A stretch of DNA of 64,000 nucleotides from contig JAKFYH010000016.1 in assembly GCA_021730945.1 (NCBI GenBank), positions 66,533 through 130,532 of the forward strand, written 5' to 3'. The number at the start of each line of letters is the position of its first letter. Position 1 is the first letter of the stretch. This document shows, one piece after another, positions 39,410 through 48,701 of the stretch. The position numbers and the translations under genes are program-made. The notes under the pieces are model-generated. The model had not been told where the DNA came from. It saw only the letters and a list, made by a program, of their open reading frames with translations, and ran no database searches. Origin of the DNA: Acidobacteriota bacterium (GTDB taxonomy: Bacteria; Acidobacteriota; Vicinamibacteria; Vicinamibacterales; UBA2999).

Positions 39410-40123
39410 TCAGCGCTCGAATCGATACCCGAGGCCGTAGACCGTGACGATATGCATCGGGCTGTGGGGATCGGGTTCCAGCTTCTGCCGCAGCCAACTG
39501 ACGTGCACGTCCACCGTGCGGGTCTCGGGCGTCGCCTGGTAACCCCACACCGCATCGAGCAACTCGTCGCGCGAAAACACCACGCCGGGATGCTTGACGA
39601 AGTGGCAGAGCAGCTTGAACTCCTGGGCTGACAAACGAACCGGCCGGCCATCGCGCAGCACCTGGCCCGCCCGCGGCCGGACGCAGACGCCGCCAAAGAC
39701 AAACGACTCAGGTTCAGGATCGCTGGCCCGTGTGCGCCGCAACAGTGCCTCGATGCGCGCCATCAATTCCGCCGACTCGAACGGCTTGGTCATGTAGTCG
39801 TCGGCACCGAGCTTGAGGCCGGTGATCTTGTCGGCCATCGCGTCGCGGGCGGTCAGCATGAGCACGGCCACGTTGTTCTTTTCGCGGCGCAACTCCCGGC
39901 AGACCTCGAGACCGTTCTTCGCCGGCAGGTTCAGGTCGAGGATGATCAGGTCGTAGTCGCTCTTGCGGGCCATGTCGGAAGCGGCCGGGCCCGTAGCCGC
40001 GGTATCGACGCCGTAGCCCTCCTTGCGAAGCCGGTCGGACAGCGTCCGGCGCAAGCCCGGTTCATCATCCACCAGCAGAATGCGCCGCTCGCCGTCGCCG
40101 GCCCTGGCGCCCGGCGTGGTCAA
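39410..40123 (-). CDS. OmpR-family response regulator
   Basis: LVDDE, LDLNLP, GADDYMTKPF, TRTVDVHVSWLRQKLE. Confidence 0.95.
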   Translation of the reverse strand: MTTPGARAGDGERRILLVDDEPGLRRTLSDRLRKEGYGVDTAATGPAASDMARKSDYDLIILDLNLPAKNGLEVCRELRREKNNVAVLMLTARDAMADKITGLKLGADDYMTKPFESAELMARIEALLRRTRASDPEPESFVFGGVCVRPRAGQVLRDGRPVRLSAQEFKLLCHFVKHPGVVFSRDELLDAVWGYQATPETRTVDVHVSWLRQKLEPDPHSPMHIVTVYGLGYRFER

Positions 40124-41745
40124 GCGGCGGGCTCCACCGCAACCGGCCTGAGGCCTTTGAGCGCCGGCAGATGCAGGACAAAGCGCGCGCCCTTCTGCGC
40201 GCTGACGCCGACACGCACCCGGCCGCCATGCGAGCGGGCCACCTGCCGGACGATGCTGAGGCCGATGCCGCTGCCTTCCACTTCCATCTCGCGGGCCAGC
40301 CGGCCGCGGAAGAACGGGTCGAAGATTCGCAGGCGTTCGCCAGCAGGGACGCCGGGGCCCTCGTCGTCCACCGCGATCGCGACTTCCTCACCGCCGGTGG
40401 CCGTGCGCTGAGTCTGGGCGGCCACCCGCACGGGCCTGCCCCGGCCGTACTTGACCGCGTTCAGCACCAGGTTCTTGATGGCCATCTTGAGCGCCTCGCG
40501 GTCGGCCATCACGGCCGGCAATCCCGGCTCGATGCTGATCTCGATGAGCTGCCCTTCGGGAGCGACCGCGCGGCTCTCGGCCAGGGCGCTGTCGATGACA
40601 CTGGCGATGTCGGTGGGCGCCGGACTGATCGCGGCGTCGGGTGCCGCCTGCAGCCGGCAGCAGAGCAGGATGTCGCCGATGGTCTTGGAGAGGCGGCGGC
40701 CTTCGCGCTTGATCAGCTCTCCGTAGTGCCGCGCATCGGCCGGTGAGCTGACCACCTCGTCGGCCAGGTTCTCGCCCGCGCTGGTGATGGTGGCCAGCGG
40801 CGTTCGTAGCTCGTGCGACATCCGGGCCACCAGCTCGAGTTGTTCGCGCGCGGCCCGCTGCATGCCGTGCGCCGATGCGACCAGCAGACCGATGCTGACG
40901 GCCAGCAGCAGCAGCACGCCGATGCCGATCGCGAGGTTGCGCACTCGTACGGCGCCCAGCGTGGCCTCGAGCGCACCGCTCTGGTGCTGCAGGTACACGC
41001 GCCACCGATGGGCGGCCGCATCGGGCGTGAGGCGCAAGGCCGCCGCCCGGGTGAGGTCGCGTCCGTGAATGGCAAACAGGGGAATGGGCGCCACCGCGGG
41101 GTCGAAGTCGGCGACCGCCAGCTCCGGCCGCGAGCGGTAGACCACCTGGTCGGGCAGGTCGTCACGAATGATCAGGACATCGAACGCCGACGGGATGCCG
41201 CCCTCGAAGCACCCGGCCAGGATGGTGGGAATCACCTCGCTGGCGATGCGTTCCATGTCGAGTGCGGCCACCAATCGAGGCTGATCGGCGCTGGCGGGAT
41301 GCACCACGATGGCGGGAATGTCGGCGTGGAGCGTGCGGCCGAGTGCAGCCGGCGAATCGGCCAGGTCCGAAAGCCACGCCGGGATCGCGGCGGCATCGGC
41401 GCCGGGAACAATGCCGGCGATGGTCCGCACCGACGAGTGACCGCCCGAAGGACCGACCGCGTAAAGCGCCTTCACGACCCCGGCCGGGATCGCCTGCCTG
41501 GCGGCATCGTGGCTGGCCGGCGCGCCGGGATCGATCGCTGACAGTCCCGTGTAGACCTGGGCCAGATGGGCGTCGAACTCTGTCGACAGCCGGACCGTGC
41601 CGGCGACCAGGTTCTGGCGCGCGCGCAGGCCTTCGAGTCCGCTCAGCTCGCCCTGCCAGCGGTATTGCAGGAAGGCCAGCGCCGGCAGGAGCAGCGCAAT
41701 CAGCGCGATCAGCGCCAACGAGCGACGGGAGGTGGTCAACACCAT
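40120..41745 (-). CDS. Sensor histidine kinase with periplasmic domain
   Basis: Two TM segments; SHELRTPL, NAVKYG, DEGPG, GSGIGL. Confidence 0.95.
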   Translation of the reverse strand: MVLTTSRRSLALIALIALLLPALAFLQYRWQGELSGLEGLRARQNLVAGTVRLSTEFDAHLAQVYTGLSAIDPGAPASHDAARQAIPAGVVKALYAVGPSGGHSSVRTIAGIVPGADAAAIPAWLSDLADSPAALGRTLHADIPAIVVHPASADQPRLVAALDMERIASEVIPTILAGCFEGGIPSAFDVLIIRDDLPDQVVYRSRPELAVADFDPAVAPIPLFAIHGRDLTRAAALRLTPDAAAHRWRVYLQHQSGALEATLGAVRVRNLAIGIGVLLLLAVSIGLLVASAHGMQRAAREQLELVARMSHELRTPLATITSAGENLADEVVSSPADARHYGELIKREGRRLSKTIGDILLCCRLQAAPDAAISPAPTDIASVIDSALAESRAVAPEGQLIEISIEPGLPAVMADREALKMAIKNLVLNAVKYGRGRPVRVAAQTQRTATGGEEVAIAVDDEGPGVPAGERLRIFDPFFRGRLAREMEVEGSGIGLSIVRQVARSHGGRVRVGVSAQKGARFVLHLPALKGLRPVAVEPAA

Positions 41746-41842
41746 GGCCAGATGGTAACAACTCTGTGCCGCCCGGGGCCAATCACCTCAGTTTTTACCA
41801 CCTCTTAAAGTCAGTGCCCGGGCCCTCTGATAGCGTCTGAGT

Positions 41843-41936
41843 CGCGATTGTCGCGCACCACTCTGTCTCCGGTCCCACCAAGCCGGAGTCGGAGAGCCCG
41901 GTCGGCCTCGCGCCATCAACCGGCCGGGCTTTTTCC
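41843..41936 (+). ncRNA. Candidate small RNA (three hairpins, intrinsic terminator)
   Basis: Extended -10 TG-A-TAGCGT at 41828-36; hairpins at 41843-55, 41861-94 and 41895-930 followed by a T run; no upstream plus-strand gene. Confidence 0.45.
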
Positions 41937-41941
41937 ATTTT
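41895..41941 (+). terminator. Rho-independent terminator
   Basis: AGCCCGGTCGG...CCGGCCGGGCT (11 bp, one G-U) followed by TTTTCCATTTT. Confidence 0.65.
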
Positions 41942-41998
41942 CCGGCCGTTCGCTCCGTTGCCCGCGCCAGCGGTGTGGTTCTTGCACGGTAAGATGGG

Positions 41999-42397
41999 AT
42001 GGTGACTCAAGTTTCAATCGTGGCCGCGTTGCTGGCGGCGCTGGTGACAGCCGGCTGTTCCAATCCGCCGTTGAGCCTGTCGAACATCCAGGTCGGCCGT
42101 TCGCTCAACCCCGACCGCAGCATTGCCAGCATCACCACACTGTTCAAGCCGTCGGAGACCATTTACGTGTCGGTGCAGACGCGGCAGGCCGGCTCGGGCA
42201 CCGTGGGCGTGAAGTGGATGTTCGGTTCGCAGGTGATCGATGAACCGACCAAGACGGTGAAGTATGACGGCCCGGCCAGCACCGATTTCCACCTGCGCAA
42301 TTCCGGCGCCTTCCCGCCGGGTGACTACAGCGTGGAAATCTTCATCGACGGACAAATGGTGGGTAAACGCGTGTTCAAGGTGGATGACATCAGATGA
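41999..42397 (+). CDS. Hypothetical lipoprotein (Ig-like beta fold likely)
   Basis: TAGC lipobox; PGDYSVEI; TAAGAT at 41990-95 (GTG 42002 is an alternative start). Confidence 0.75.
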   Translation: MVTQVSIVAALLAALVTAGCSNPPLSLSNIQVGRSLNPDRSIASITTLFKPSETIYVSVQTRQAGSGTVGVKWMFGSQVIDEPTKTVKYDGPASTDFHLRNSGAFPPGDYSVEIFIDGQMVGKRVFKVDDIR

Positions 42398-43311
42398 TGC
42401 CCTACGGGTTAATAGCGGTCGCGATGTCGCTGCTCGCGTCCTTCGGTCAGGCGGTCCTGCGCCCCGATCCGCCGATTGCGTGCGAGATGTGCGGCGAGTG
42501 GAACCTGCCACTCGAGCCGTTCAGGTTGTACGGCAACACCTACTACGTCGGCACCGCGGGATTGTCGGCGCTGCTCATCACCTCGGACCAGGGCCACATC
42601 CTGCTCGACGGCGGCTTGACCCAGTCAGCGCCGCTGATTGCCGCCAACGTCGTCAAGCTGGGGTTCAAGGTCGAGGACATCAAGCTGATCCTGAACTCGC
42701 ACGCGCATTACGATCACGCTGCCGGCATTGCGGCCCTGCAGCGCGCCAGCGGCGCGACCGTCGTGTCGAGCGCGTCGGGCGCTGAAGGGTTTGCCCTCGG
42801 CAACGCCGTGCCAGACGACCCGCAGGCCGGATTCGGCAAGGCCGACAACGCGTTTCCCCCCGTGAAGAATGTGCGGGTGGTCAAGGACCTGGACATCGTG
42901 CGGGTAGGGCCGCTGGCGGTGCAAATGCACGACACCGCCGGGCACACGCCGGGCAGCACCACCTGGACGTGGCAGTCCTGCGTCGGCGGCCGGTGCCTCA
43001 ACATGGTCTACGCCGACAGCATTTCGGCGATCGCCGCGCCAGGCTTCCGTTTCACCGGGGACGCGAAGACACCGAGCCGCGTGGATCGGTTCCGCAAGAG
43101 CATCACGACCGTGGGCGAATTGCCATGCGACATCATGATGACCACGCACCCGGCGGTGACCGACCTGTCCGGCAAGCTGAAGAAGCGGGCGGCGAAACCG
43201 CCCGTGGACCCCTTCATCGATCCGCAGGCCTGCCGCGCGCTTGCCGCCAACGCCATGAAGGCGCTCGACGCTCGCGTCGCGGAGGAAAAGAAAAGCGAGA
43301 TCAAGAAGTAA
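42394..43311 (+). CDS. bla: Subclass B3 metallo-beta-lactamase
   Basis: Signal peptide; WN-P-EPFRLYGNTYYVGT, SHAHYDH, GHTPG, YADS, PCDI..TTHP. Confidence 0.9.
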   Translation: MMPYGLIAVAMSLLASFGQAVLRPDPPIACEMCGEWNLPLEPFRLYGNTYYVGTAGLSALLITSDQGHILLDGGLTQSAPLIAANVVKLGFKVEDIKLILNSHAHYDHAAGIAALQRASGATVVSSASGAEGFALGNAVPDDPQAGFGKADNAFPPVKNVRVVKDLDIVRVGPLAVQMHDTAGHTPGSTTWTWQSCVGGRCLNMVYADSISAIAAPGFRFTGDAKTPSRVDRFRKSITTVGELPCDIMMTTHPAVTDLSGKLKKRAAKPPVDPFIDPQACRALAANAMKALDARVAEEKKSEIKK

Positions 43312-43356
43312 CAGGAGGTCAAGAGATCAGGAGAACAAGATCTCCTGCCCTCCTGT
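43311..43356. repeat. 8-bp-period CAGGAGAT inverted repeat (possible bidirectional terminator)
   Basis: ACAGGAGGTCAAGAGATCAGGAGA...TCTCCTGCCCTCCTGT between convergent genes. Confidence 0.6.
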
Positions 43357-43358
43357 CA

Positions 43359-45845
43359 TTACTCGTAGCGTAACGCCAGGATCGGATCGGTCTGGCTGGC
43401 ACGGCGGGCCGGAATCATTCCGGCCGCCGCCGAAATCACCGTCAGCAGCGCCATCGTCGACACCGCAATCCACGGGTCGTTTGGTTCGATGCCGAACAAC
43501 TGCGACGAGACATAGCGGCCGAGGGCAATGGCCGACGGAATGCCGACGGCCAGCCCGATCGCGAGCAGCAGCAGCACTTCTTTCATCACCAGCCAGATGA
43601 CCGACGCCGGCTCGGCGCCGAGCGCCAGCCGCAAGCCCATCTCTTTCTTTCGGCGGGCGACGATGAACGCCATCACCCCGTAGAGGCCGATCGAGGCCAG
43701 CAGCGTCGCCAGCAGGCCGAAGCCGGCTGACAGCATGGCGACCAGCCGATCGCTCAGCAGCGTTTCATCCAACTGGCCCTGCAGCGTCTTCATGTCGTAG
43801 ACGGGCATGCCGGCATCGAGCCGCTTGACCTCGTTGCGCACCAGGCCGAAGGCGCTGCTCGACGCCTCGGTGGTGCGCAGGTAGAAGGTCACGCCGCCCC
43901 GGCCCCAGTTGGGGATGAACACCTGCCGCCGCACCCCTTCGCGTGGACCTTCGTAGAGCGCGTCCGCGACGACGCCGACAATTTCGATGGGGAGCTTGGT
44001 GCCAGGCCGATCGCCGAACCCGACGTGCCGGCCGATGGCGCTCTGGTCACCAAAAAAGTGGCGCGCGAACTTCTGGTTCACGATGGCCACCGTGGCGTCT
44101 TCTTTCGCGTCGGCGCGCGTGAAGTCGCGGCCTTCGAGAAATGGAATGCCCATGGTCTGGAAATAGCCGGGCGACAGGGAGTTCATGAACGCCTGCATGT
44201 CCTCGCCGTCCTTGGCCTGGTGGCCTTCGACCGACATGGTGCTGTCCCATTCGTCGCCGGCAAGAATGGACACTGCCGCCGTGCCGGCCGACTTCACGCC
44301 GGGCGAGGAATTCAGGCGGTCCAGCAAGTCGCGGTAGAAGTTGACGCCGCGCGGGTTGTCGTAGCCGCTGAGCGCCGGATTGAGTCGGAACATCACGAGG
44401 TTGTCGAGCTGGACGCCGGTGTCGGTGGTTTGCAGGTTCTGAAGGCTGCGGACGAAGAGCCCCGCGCCAAACAGCAGCAGAAAGCTGAGCGCCACCTGGG
44501 CGGCGACCAGGCCCTTCCTGAGAAACAGCGAACCGCCGGTGCCGGCAATGCCGCCGACCGTGTCTTTGAGCGTGGCCCATTGATCGGGATTGCTCGCGCG
44601 CAGCGCCGGCAGCAGCCCGAACACCACGCCGGTAATCAAGGTGAGCGAGAAGGTGAACAGCAGGATGCGCAGGTCCGGCGCCGGTTGGACCAGCAGCGGC
44701 TGGTCGGACGGGATCAGCGAGATCAGCCCGCGGGTCAACGCCATCGACAGGAAGATTCCCACCGTACCGCCGACGAGCGACAACAGCACGCTCTCGGTCA
44801 GCAACTGACGGACCAGCTGACCGCGAGTGGCGCCCAGCGACAGGCGTACCGCGATCTCCTTCTGGCGCATGAAGCCGCGGGCGATCAACAGGTTGGCGAC
44901 GTTGGCACAAGCGATCAGCAGGACCAGGCCGACCATGGCCATCAGCACCACCAGGGCGGTCGAGAAGTCGTTGCGCAGCGCCGAGTAGCCCATCGCCGCC
45001 TTCTCGACCTTCAGCCGCCCGGTCATGAAGCGTTCGCGCACGAACGGCGAGAAGTCCTTGGCGCCCGGCAGCGTCAGCTCGTGCTGGCGAATCTGCGTGA
45101 ACAGGCCTTGCATGGGTCCTTGCGCGGTTTCGGCGGTGTAGCCGGGCTTGAGCCGCGCGAACACCTGCACCCAGCGGGTGCGCTCGTCGTTCATCCGGAC
45201 CCATTCCCACTCGGGTACCACGGCCGGCTTCATCTGAATGGGCACGCGGATCTGCGGCGACCGCGCGGGATCGATCCCGGAGAATCCCTCGGCCGAGACG
45301 CCGACGATCGACATGGGATAGCTGTTGACGAGTATCTTCCGGCCAATCACCTCGACGTCGCGGCCGAATCGCGTGACCCAGTAGTTGTGGCTTAGCACCA
45401 CCACCGGATGGCCCTGGTAGATCTGGTCGTCCTCCTGCGAATTGAAGACCCGGCCAAGCGCCGGACCCACGCCCAGCATGGTGAAGAAGTTGCCCGACAC
45501 CATCTCCACTTCGACCCGTTCGGTCTGGTTGTCGACGCTGATCGACGCGGCGGCCAGGCGGCGCGCCAGCACCTCGGCCAACGGCTCGCCGCGCTTCCGG
45601 TATTCCTCGTAGATGGGATACGAGTGCATGCGAGAGCCCATGTTGCTGCCGCTGTGGGGACCCTCTTGGTACAACATCACCAGCTCGTCCGGGTTCTTGA
45701 CCGGGAGCGGGCGCAGCAGGATCTGGTCGATGAGCGTGAAGATCGCGGTGTTGGCGCCAATGCCGAGCGCCAGCGACAGGATGGCGACGGTCGAGAACAA
45801 GGGGCTGCGGAACAGGCCGCGAATGGCGAGTTTCAGGTCGTTCAT
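43359..45845 (-). CDS. ADOP-type duplicated ABC permease
   Basis: LALGIGANTAIF, LLIACANVANLL, GLYGVMAF, DPILALRYE. Confidence 0.93.
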   Translation of the reverse strand: MNDLKLAIRGLFRSPLFSTVAILSLALGIGANTAIFTLIDQILLRPLPVKNPDELVMLYQEGPHSGSNMGSRMHSYPIYEEYRKRGEPLAEVLARRLAAASISVDNQTERVEVEMVSGNFFTMLGVGPALGRVFNSQEDDQIYQGHPVVVLSHNYWVTRFGRDVEVIGRKILVNSYPMSIVGVSAEGFSGIDPARSPQIRVPIQMKPAVVPEWEWVRMNDERTRWVQVFARLKPGYTAETAQGPMQGLFTQIRQHELTLPGAKDFSPFVRERFMTGRLKVEKAAMGYSALRNDFSTALVVLMAMVGLVLLIACANVANLLIARGFMRQKEIAVRLSLGATRGQLVRQLLTESVLLSLVGGTVGIFLSMALTRGLISLIPSDQPLLVQPAPDLRILLFTFSLTLITGVVFGLLPALRASNPDQWATLKDTVGGIAGTGGSLFLRKGLVAAQVALSFLLLFGAGLFVRSLQNLQTTDTGVQLDNLVMFRLNPALSGYDNPRGVNFYRDLLDRLNSSPGVKSAGTAAVSILAGDEWDSTMSVEGHQAKDGEDMQAFMNSLSPGYFQTMGIPFLEGRDFTRADAKEDATVAIVNQKFARHFFGDQSAIGRHVGFGDRPGTKLPIEIVGVVADALYEGPREGVRRQVFIPNWGRGGVTFYLRTTEASSSAFGLVRNEVKRLDAGMPVYDMKTLQGQLDETLLSDRLVAMLSAGFGLLATLLASIGLYGVMAFIVARRKKEMGLRLALGAEPASVIWLVMKEVLLLLAIGLAVGIPSAIALGRYVSSQLFGIEPNDPWIAVSTMALLTVISAAAGMIPARRASQTDPILALRYE

Positions 45846-45943
45846 ACAGTGGCTTGGACGGGATTCTGGTCCCACGGGTTGGGAGTGTGGCCAACCCTGA
45901 ACCGATTTCATCCGTCATACGTAAACAGAACAAGGTGCTCCGC

Positions 45944-46015
45944 CCGCCTTCGCGGCCGGAGGCCGCTACGGCGAGGTCTCGCCGTAGCTCACCGATGACT
46001 TGTGAGCGAAGGCGG
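45944..46015. repeat. Multi-stem REP/MITE-like element
   Basis: Outer CCGCCTTCGC/GCGAAGGCGG; inner perfect GCTACGGCGAG/CTCGCCGTAGC; also GCGGCC/GGCCGC and GCTCAC/GTGAGC. Confidence 0.65.
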
Positions 46016-46024
46016 AGAGGCAAG

Positions 46025-46189
46025 ATGTCTTTTTTGAATCGTCTGTTGGGGAAGAGCGAACCGCCGAAGCAGCGCGTCCAGGTCTGCGTCGAATGTGGCA
46101 TGCCGGTGGCAGACCACAAGCAATGGTGCTCGATCCTGCAGGGGCAGAACGAGATGAAGCTGAAGGCGGCCGCCAAGCAGACCGCCTGA
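46025..46189 (+). CDS. 54-aa putative zinc-binding microprotein
   Basis: GGAGAGG RBS; MSFLNRLLGK...CVECGMPVADHKQWC. Confidence 0.7.
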   Translation: MSFLNRLLGKSEPPKQRVQVCVECGMPVADHKQWCSILQGQNEMKLKAAAKQTA

Positions 46190-46199
46190 GGAGAAATTC

Positions 46200-46257
46200 A
46201 CAGGAGATCAAGAGTTACAGAGAAGACTCTTGGTCTCTTGGTCTCCTGCTCTCCTGT
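46200..46257. repeat. 8-bp-period CAGGAGAT inverted repeat
   Basis: ACAGGAGATCAAGAG...CTCTTGGT CTCTTGGT CTCCTGCT CTCCTGT between convergent genes. Confidence 0.6.
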
Positions 46258-48701
46258 TATTCAGATCTGAGCGCCTGCATCACGTCTACGCGCGCGGCCC
46301 GCGCAGCCGGCATGAACGAGGCGAGCACGGCGGCGGCAATCAACAACAGCGCCGCTCCGGCCAGCGGCAGCGGGCCCGGAATAGTCAGCTCGCCAACGAA
46401 GCCGCCGGCAAACCTGGCGAGCGCCAGGCCGCTCACCACCCCTGTCGCGACTCCAATCCCGGCAATCACCGCCCCTTCCGCAAGAATCTTCGCCAGCAGG
46501 CTCGACGGCGTTGAGCCAATAGCCAGCCGCACACCGAACTCGCGCGTGCGGGCGCTGACCGAAAACGCCAGCACGCCGGCGACGCCGACCACGGCAATGG
46601 CCAGGGCCACGCCGGCAAAGCCGCCAAACACGAGCGCGTTCAACCGGTTCGGCGCCAGCACCTCGGCCCGCACATCGTCGAGGGTGGCCGCTTGCTCAAC
46701 CGGCTGCTCAGCCGACAGGTCGCGGATGATCTTGGTGATCGGCGGGACCAGCCCGTAGGGATCGGTGGCCGCATGCACGAACAGCCGGCCCTGGAACATC
46801 TCCTGTTCCATCGGGTGATACACCGTGATGGTCGACTCCGGGACCACATTCTCATCGTCCAGGTCGGCGGCGACGCCGATGATGCGGCGAGGACCGTTGT
46901 TGACGCCAATGAACTTGGTGACCGGATCGGTCCACATGAGGTTGCGGTTCAGCGCGTCCTGACTCGGGAACATCCGCTTCGCCAGGCTTTCGCTGACGAT
47001 TACCACCTTCTCGCCGTCGCTGCGATCGTCGGCGTTGAAGTCGCGACCGGCGATGATGGGCACGTTGAGCGCGCGGAAAAAGCCCGGTGACACCGTGCGG
47101 AACTTGGCGCGCGGGTCGTCTTCGCCGTCGGCCTTGTTGTAGCCCTCGACCGTAAACTGCGCCGCAAACCACTGGCCGGCGTCGCGCCACGGCACCATGG
47201 TGCCGATCGCCACGGTCTCCACGCCGGGCAGTTCGCCGATGCGGCGAATGACCTCGCGGTAAAACGGCAGAATCTGTGCCGGCGGCCGCTCGTAGTTGAC
47301 CGGCACGTTGAGCACCAGCACGTTGCGGGTGTTGATGCCCGGCGTCGCCGATTGCAGGGCCATCAGCGTCGTGACCAGCATGCCCGCCCCCGCCACCAGC
47401 ACGAACGAGGCCGCAATCTGCGTGACGGCGAAGAGCCGCAGGCGACGGTTGGTGCCGCTCGTGATGCGGACGCCGCCACTCGACAGGCCGAGCCCGTTGG
47501 CGGACTCGGCCGAGGGGAGCCGCGGCACGAAGGCGAGCAGCACGGACGAGACGAGCGCCAGCGTGACGCCCACCCACAGCAGCGTTGAATCCACCGTCAG
47601 GTCGAGCGCGCGCACCGAGTAGCGCGAGGCGTAGCTGGCCAGCACCGCCACCATCGGCCGCGCAATCAGCACGCCCAGGATGGCACCGGCGCCGCAGAGC
47701 AGCAGACTTTCGGCCAGCAGCGTTCGGCGCAGGGCGGCCCGGCTGGCGCCGAGGGCCGCGCGCACCGCCAGCTCACCCTCGCGGCGCACGGACCTTGCCA
47801 GGATCAGGTTGGCAACGTTCGAGCACGCAATAATGAAGATCAGGCCCGAGGCCGCCAGCAGGATCAGCAACACGGTGCGCGCCGGCGAGGTGATCTGATC
47901 GCGCAGTTGCACCGCACTGATCTGGAAATCGCCACTCACCGGGTAGTCCTCGCGATGTTCGGTCAGCATCACGCTGTGAGCCGTCTGCAACTCCGCGCGC
48001 GCCTGCTCAAGGGTGGCGCCGGGCGCGAGCCGGCCGAACAGCTCAGTCATGCGATGCACACGGCCATCGACCATCGTCGCGTCCATGTGGTGCGAGCTGG
48101 TGACGACGTTGGCGATCAGTTCGGTCTGCGCCGGATAGGGAATCGACGGTTCGAGCACGCCGACGATGGTCACCGCGCGATCGCCGAGCTTGATCACCTT
48201 GCCGATCAGCGCCGGGTCGCTGTTCAAGCCCGTGCTCCAAAAGCGGTGCGTCAGAACCGCCACCGGCGCGGCCGTGGGGCCGTCGTCGGTCGCATCAAGC
48301 AGGCGCCCGGCCACTGGACCTAGCCCCATCACGTTGAAGTAGTTGCCGCCCACCACGCCGGCACGCACGACCCGCGGGTCGCCCAGACCGACCATGGTGA
48401 ACTCGATGGTGGAGAAGTCACCGAACGCCGCAATGCTCTTCACGCGCGCGCGCAAGTCCCGGATCTCCGGGACCGAGAAGTTCGCATTCTCGGAACCGGC
48501 GCCCTTCGCGCTCTGGCGGATGTAGATCAGCCGCTCTTCATCGTCGTTGACCAGCGGCTTGAGCAGTACGCCTCGGACCAGGCTGAAGATGGCGGCATTG
48601 GCGCCGATGCCCAGGGCCAGCGTGACGATGACGGTCGCGGCCACGCCCTTGACGCGGCCGAGCGAGCGCAACGCGAAGCGGAGGTCGGTGAGCAGGCTCA
48701 T
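46257..48701 (-). CDS. ADOP-type duplicated ABC permease
   Basis: LALGIGANAAIF, IIACSNVANL, RTREFGVRLAIG; ATGA overlap with the SRPBCC stop. Confidence 0.93.
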   Translation of the reverse strand: MSLLTDLRFALRSLGRVKGVAATVIVTLALGIGANAAIFSLVRGVLLKPLVNDDEERLIYIRQSAKGAGSENANFSVPEIRDLRARVKSIAAFGDFSTIEFTMVGLGDPRVVRAGVVGGNYFNVMGLGPVAGRLLDATDDGPTAAPVAVLTHRFWSTGLNSDPALIGKVIKLGDRAVTIVGVLEPSIPYPAQTELIANVVTSSHHMDATMVDGRVHRMTELFGRLAPGATLEQARAELQTAHSVMLTEHREDYPVSGDFQISAVQLRDQITSPARTVLLILLAASGLIFIIACSNVANLILARSVRREGELAVRAALGASRAALRRTLLAESLLLCGAGAILGVLIARPMVAVLASYASRYSVRALDLTVDSTLLWVGVTLALVSSVLLAFVPRLPSAESANGLGLSSGGVRITSGTNRRLRLFAVTQIAASFVLVAGAGMLVTTLMALQSATPGINTRNVLVLNVPVNYERPPAQILPFYREVIRRIGELPGVETVAIGTMVPWRDAGQWFAAQFTVEGYNKADGEDDPRAKFRTVSPGFFRALNVPIIAGRDFNADDRSDGEKVVIVSESLAKRMFPSQDALNRNLMWTDPVTKFIGVNNGPRRIIGVAADLDDENVVPESTITVYHPMEQEMFQGRLFVHAATDPYGLVPPITKIIRDLSAEQPVEQAATLDDVRAEVLAPNRLNALVFGGFAGVALAIAVVGVAGVLAFSVSARTREFGVRLAIGSTPSSLLAKILAEGAVIAGIGVATGVVSGLALARFAGGFVGELTIPGPLPLAGAALLLIAAAVLASFMPAARAARVDVMQALRSE

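Noticed and set aside
45944-46015. tRNA interpretation of the cloverleaf-like element
   Set aside because: No TTC T-loop consensus, no 7-nt anticodon loop and no CCA end
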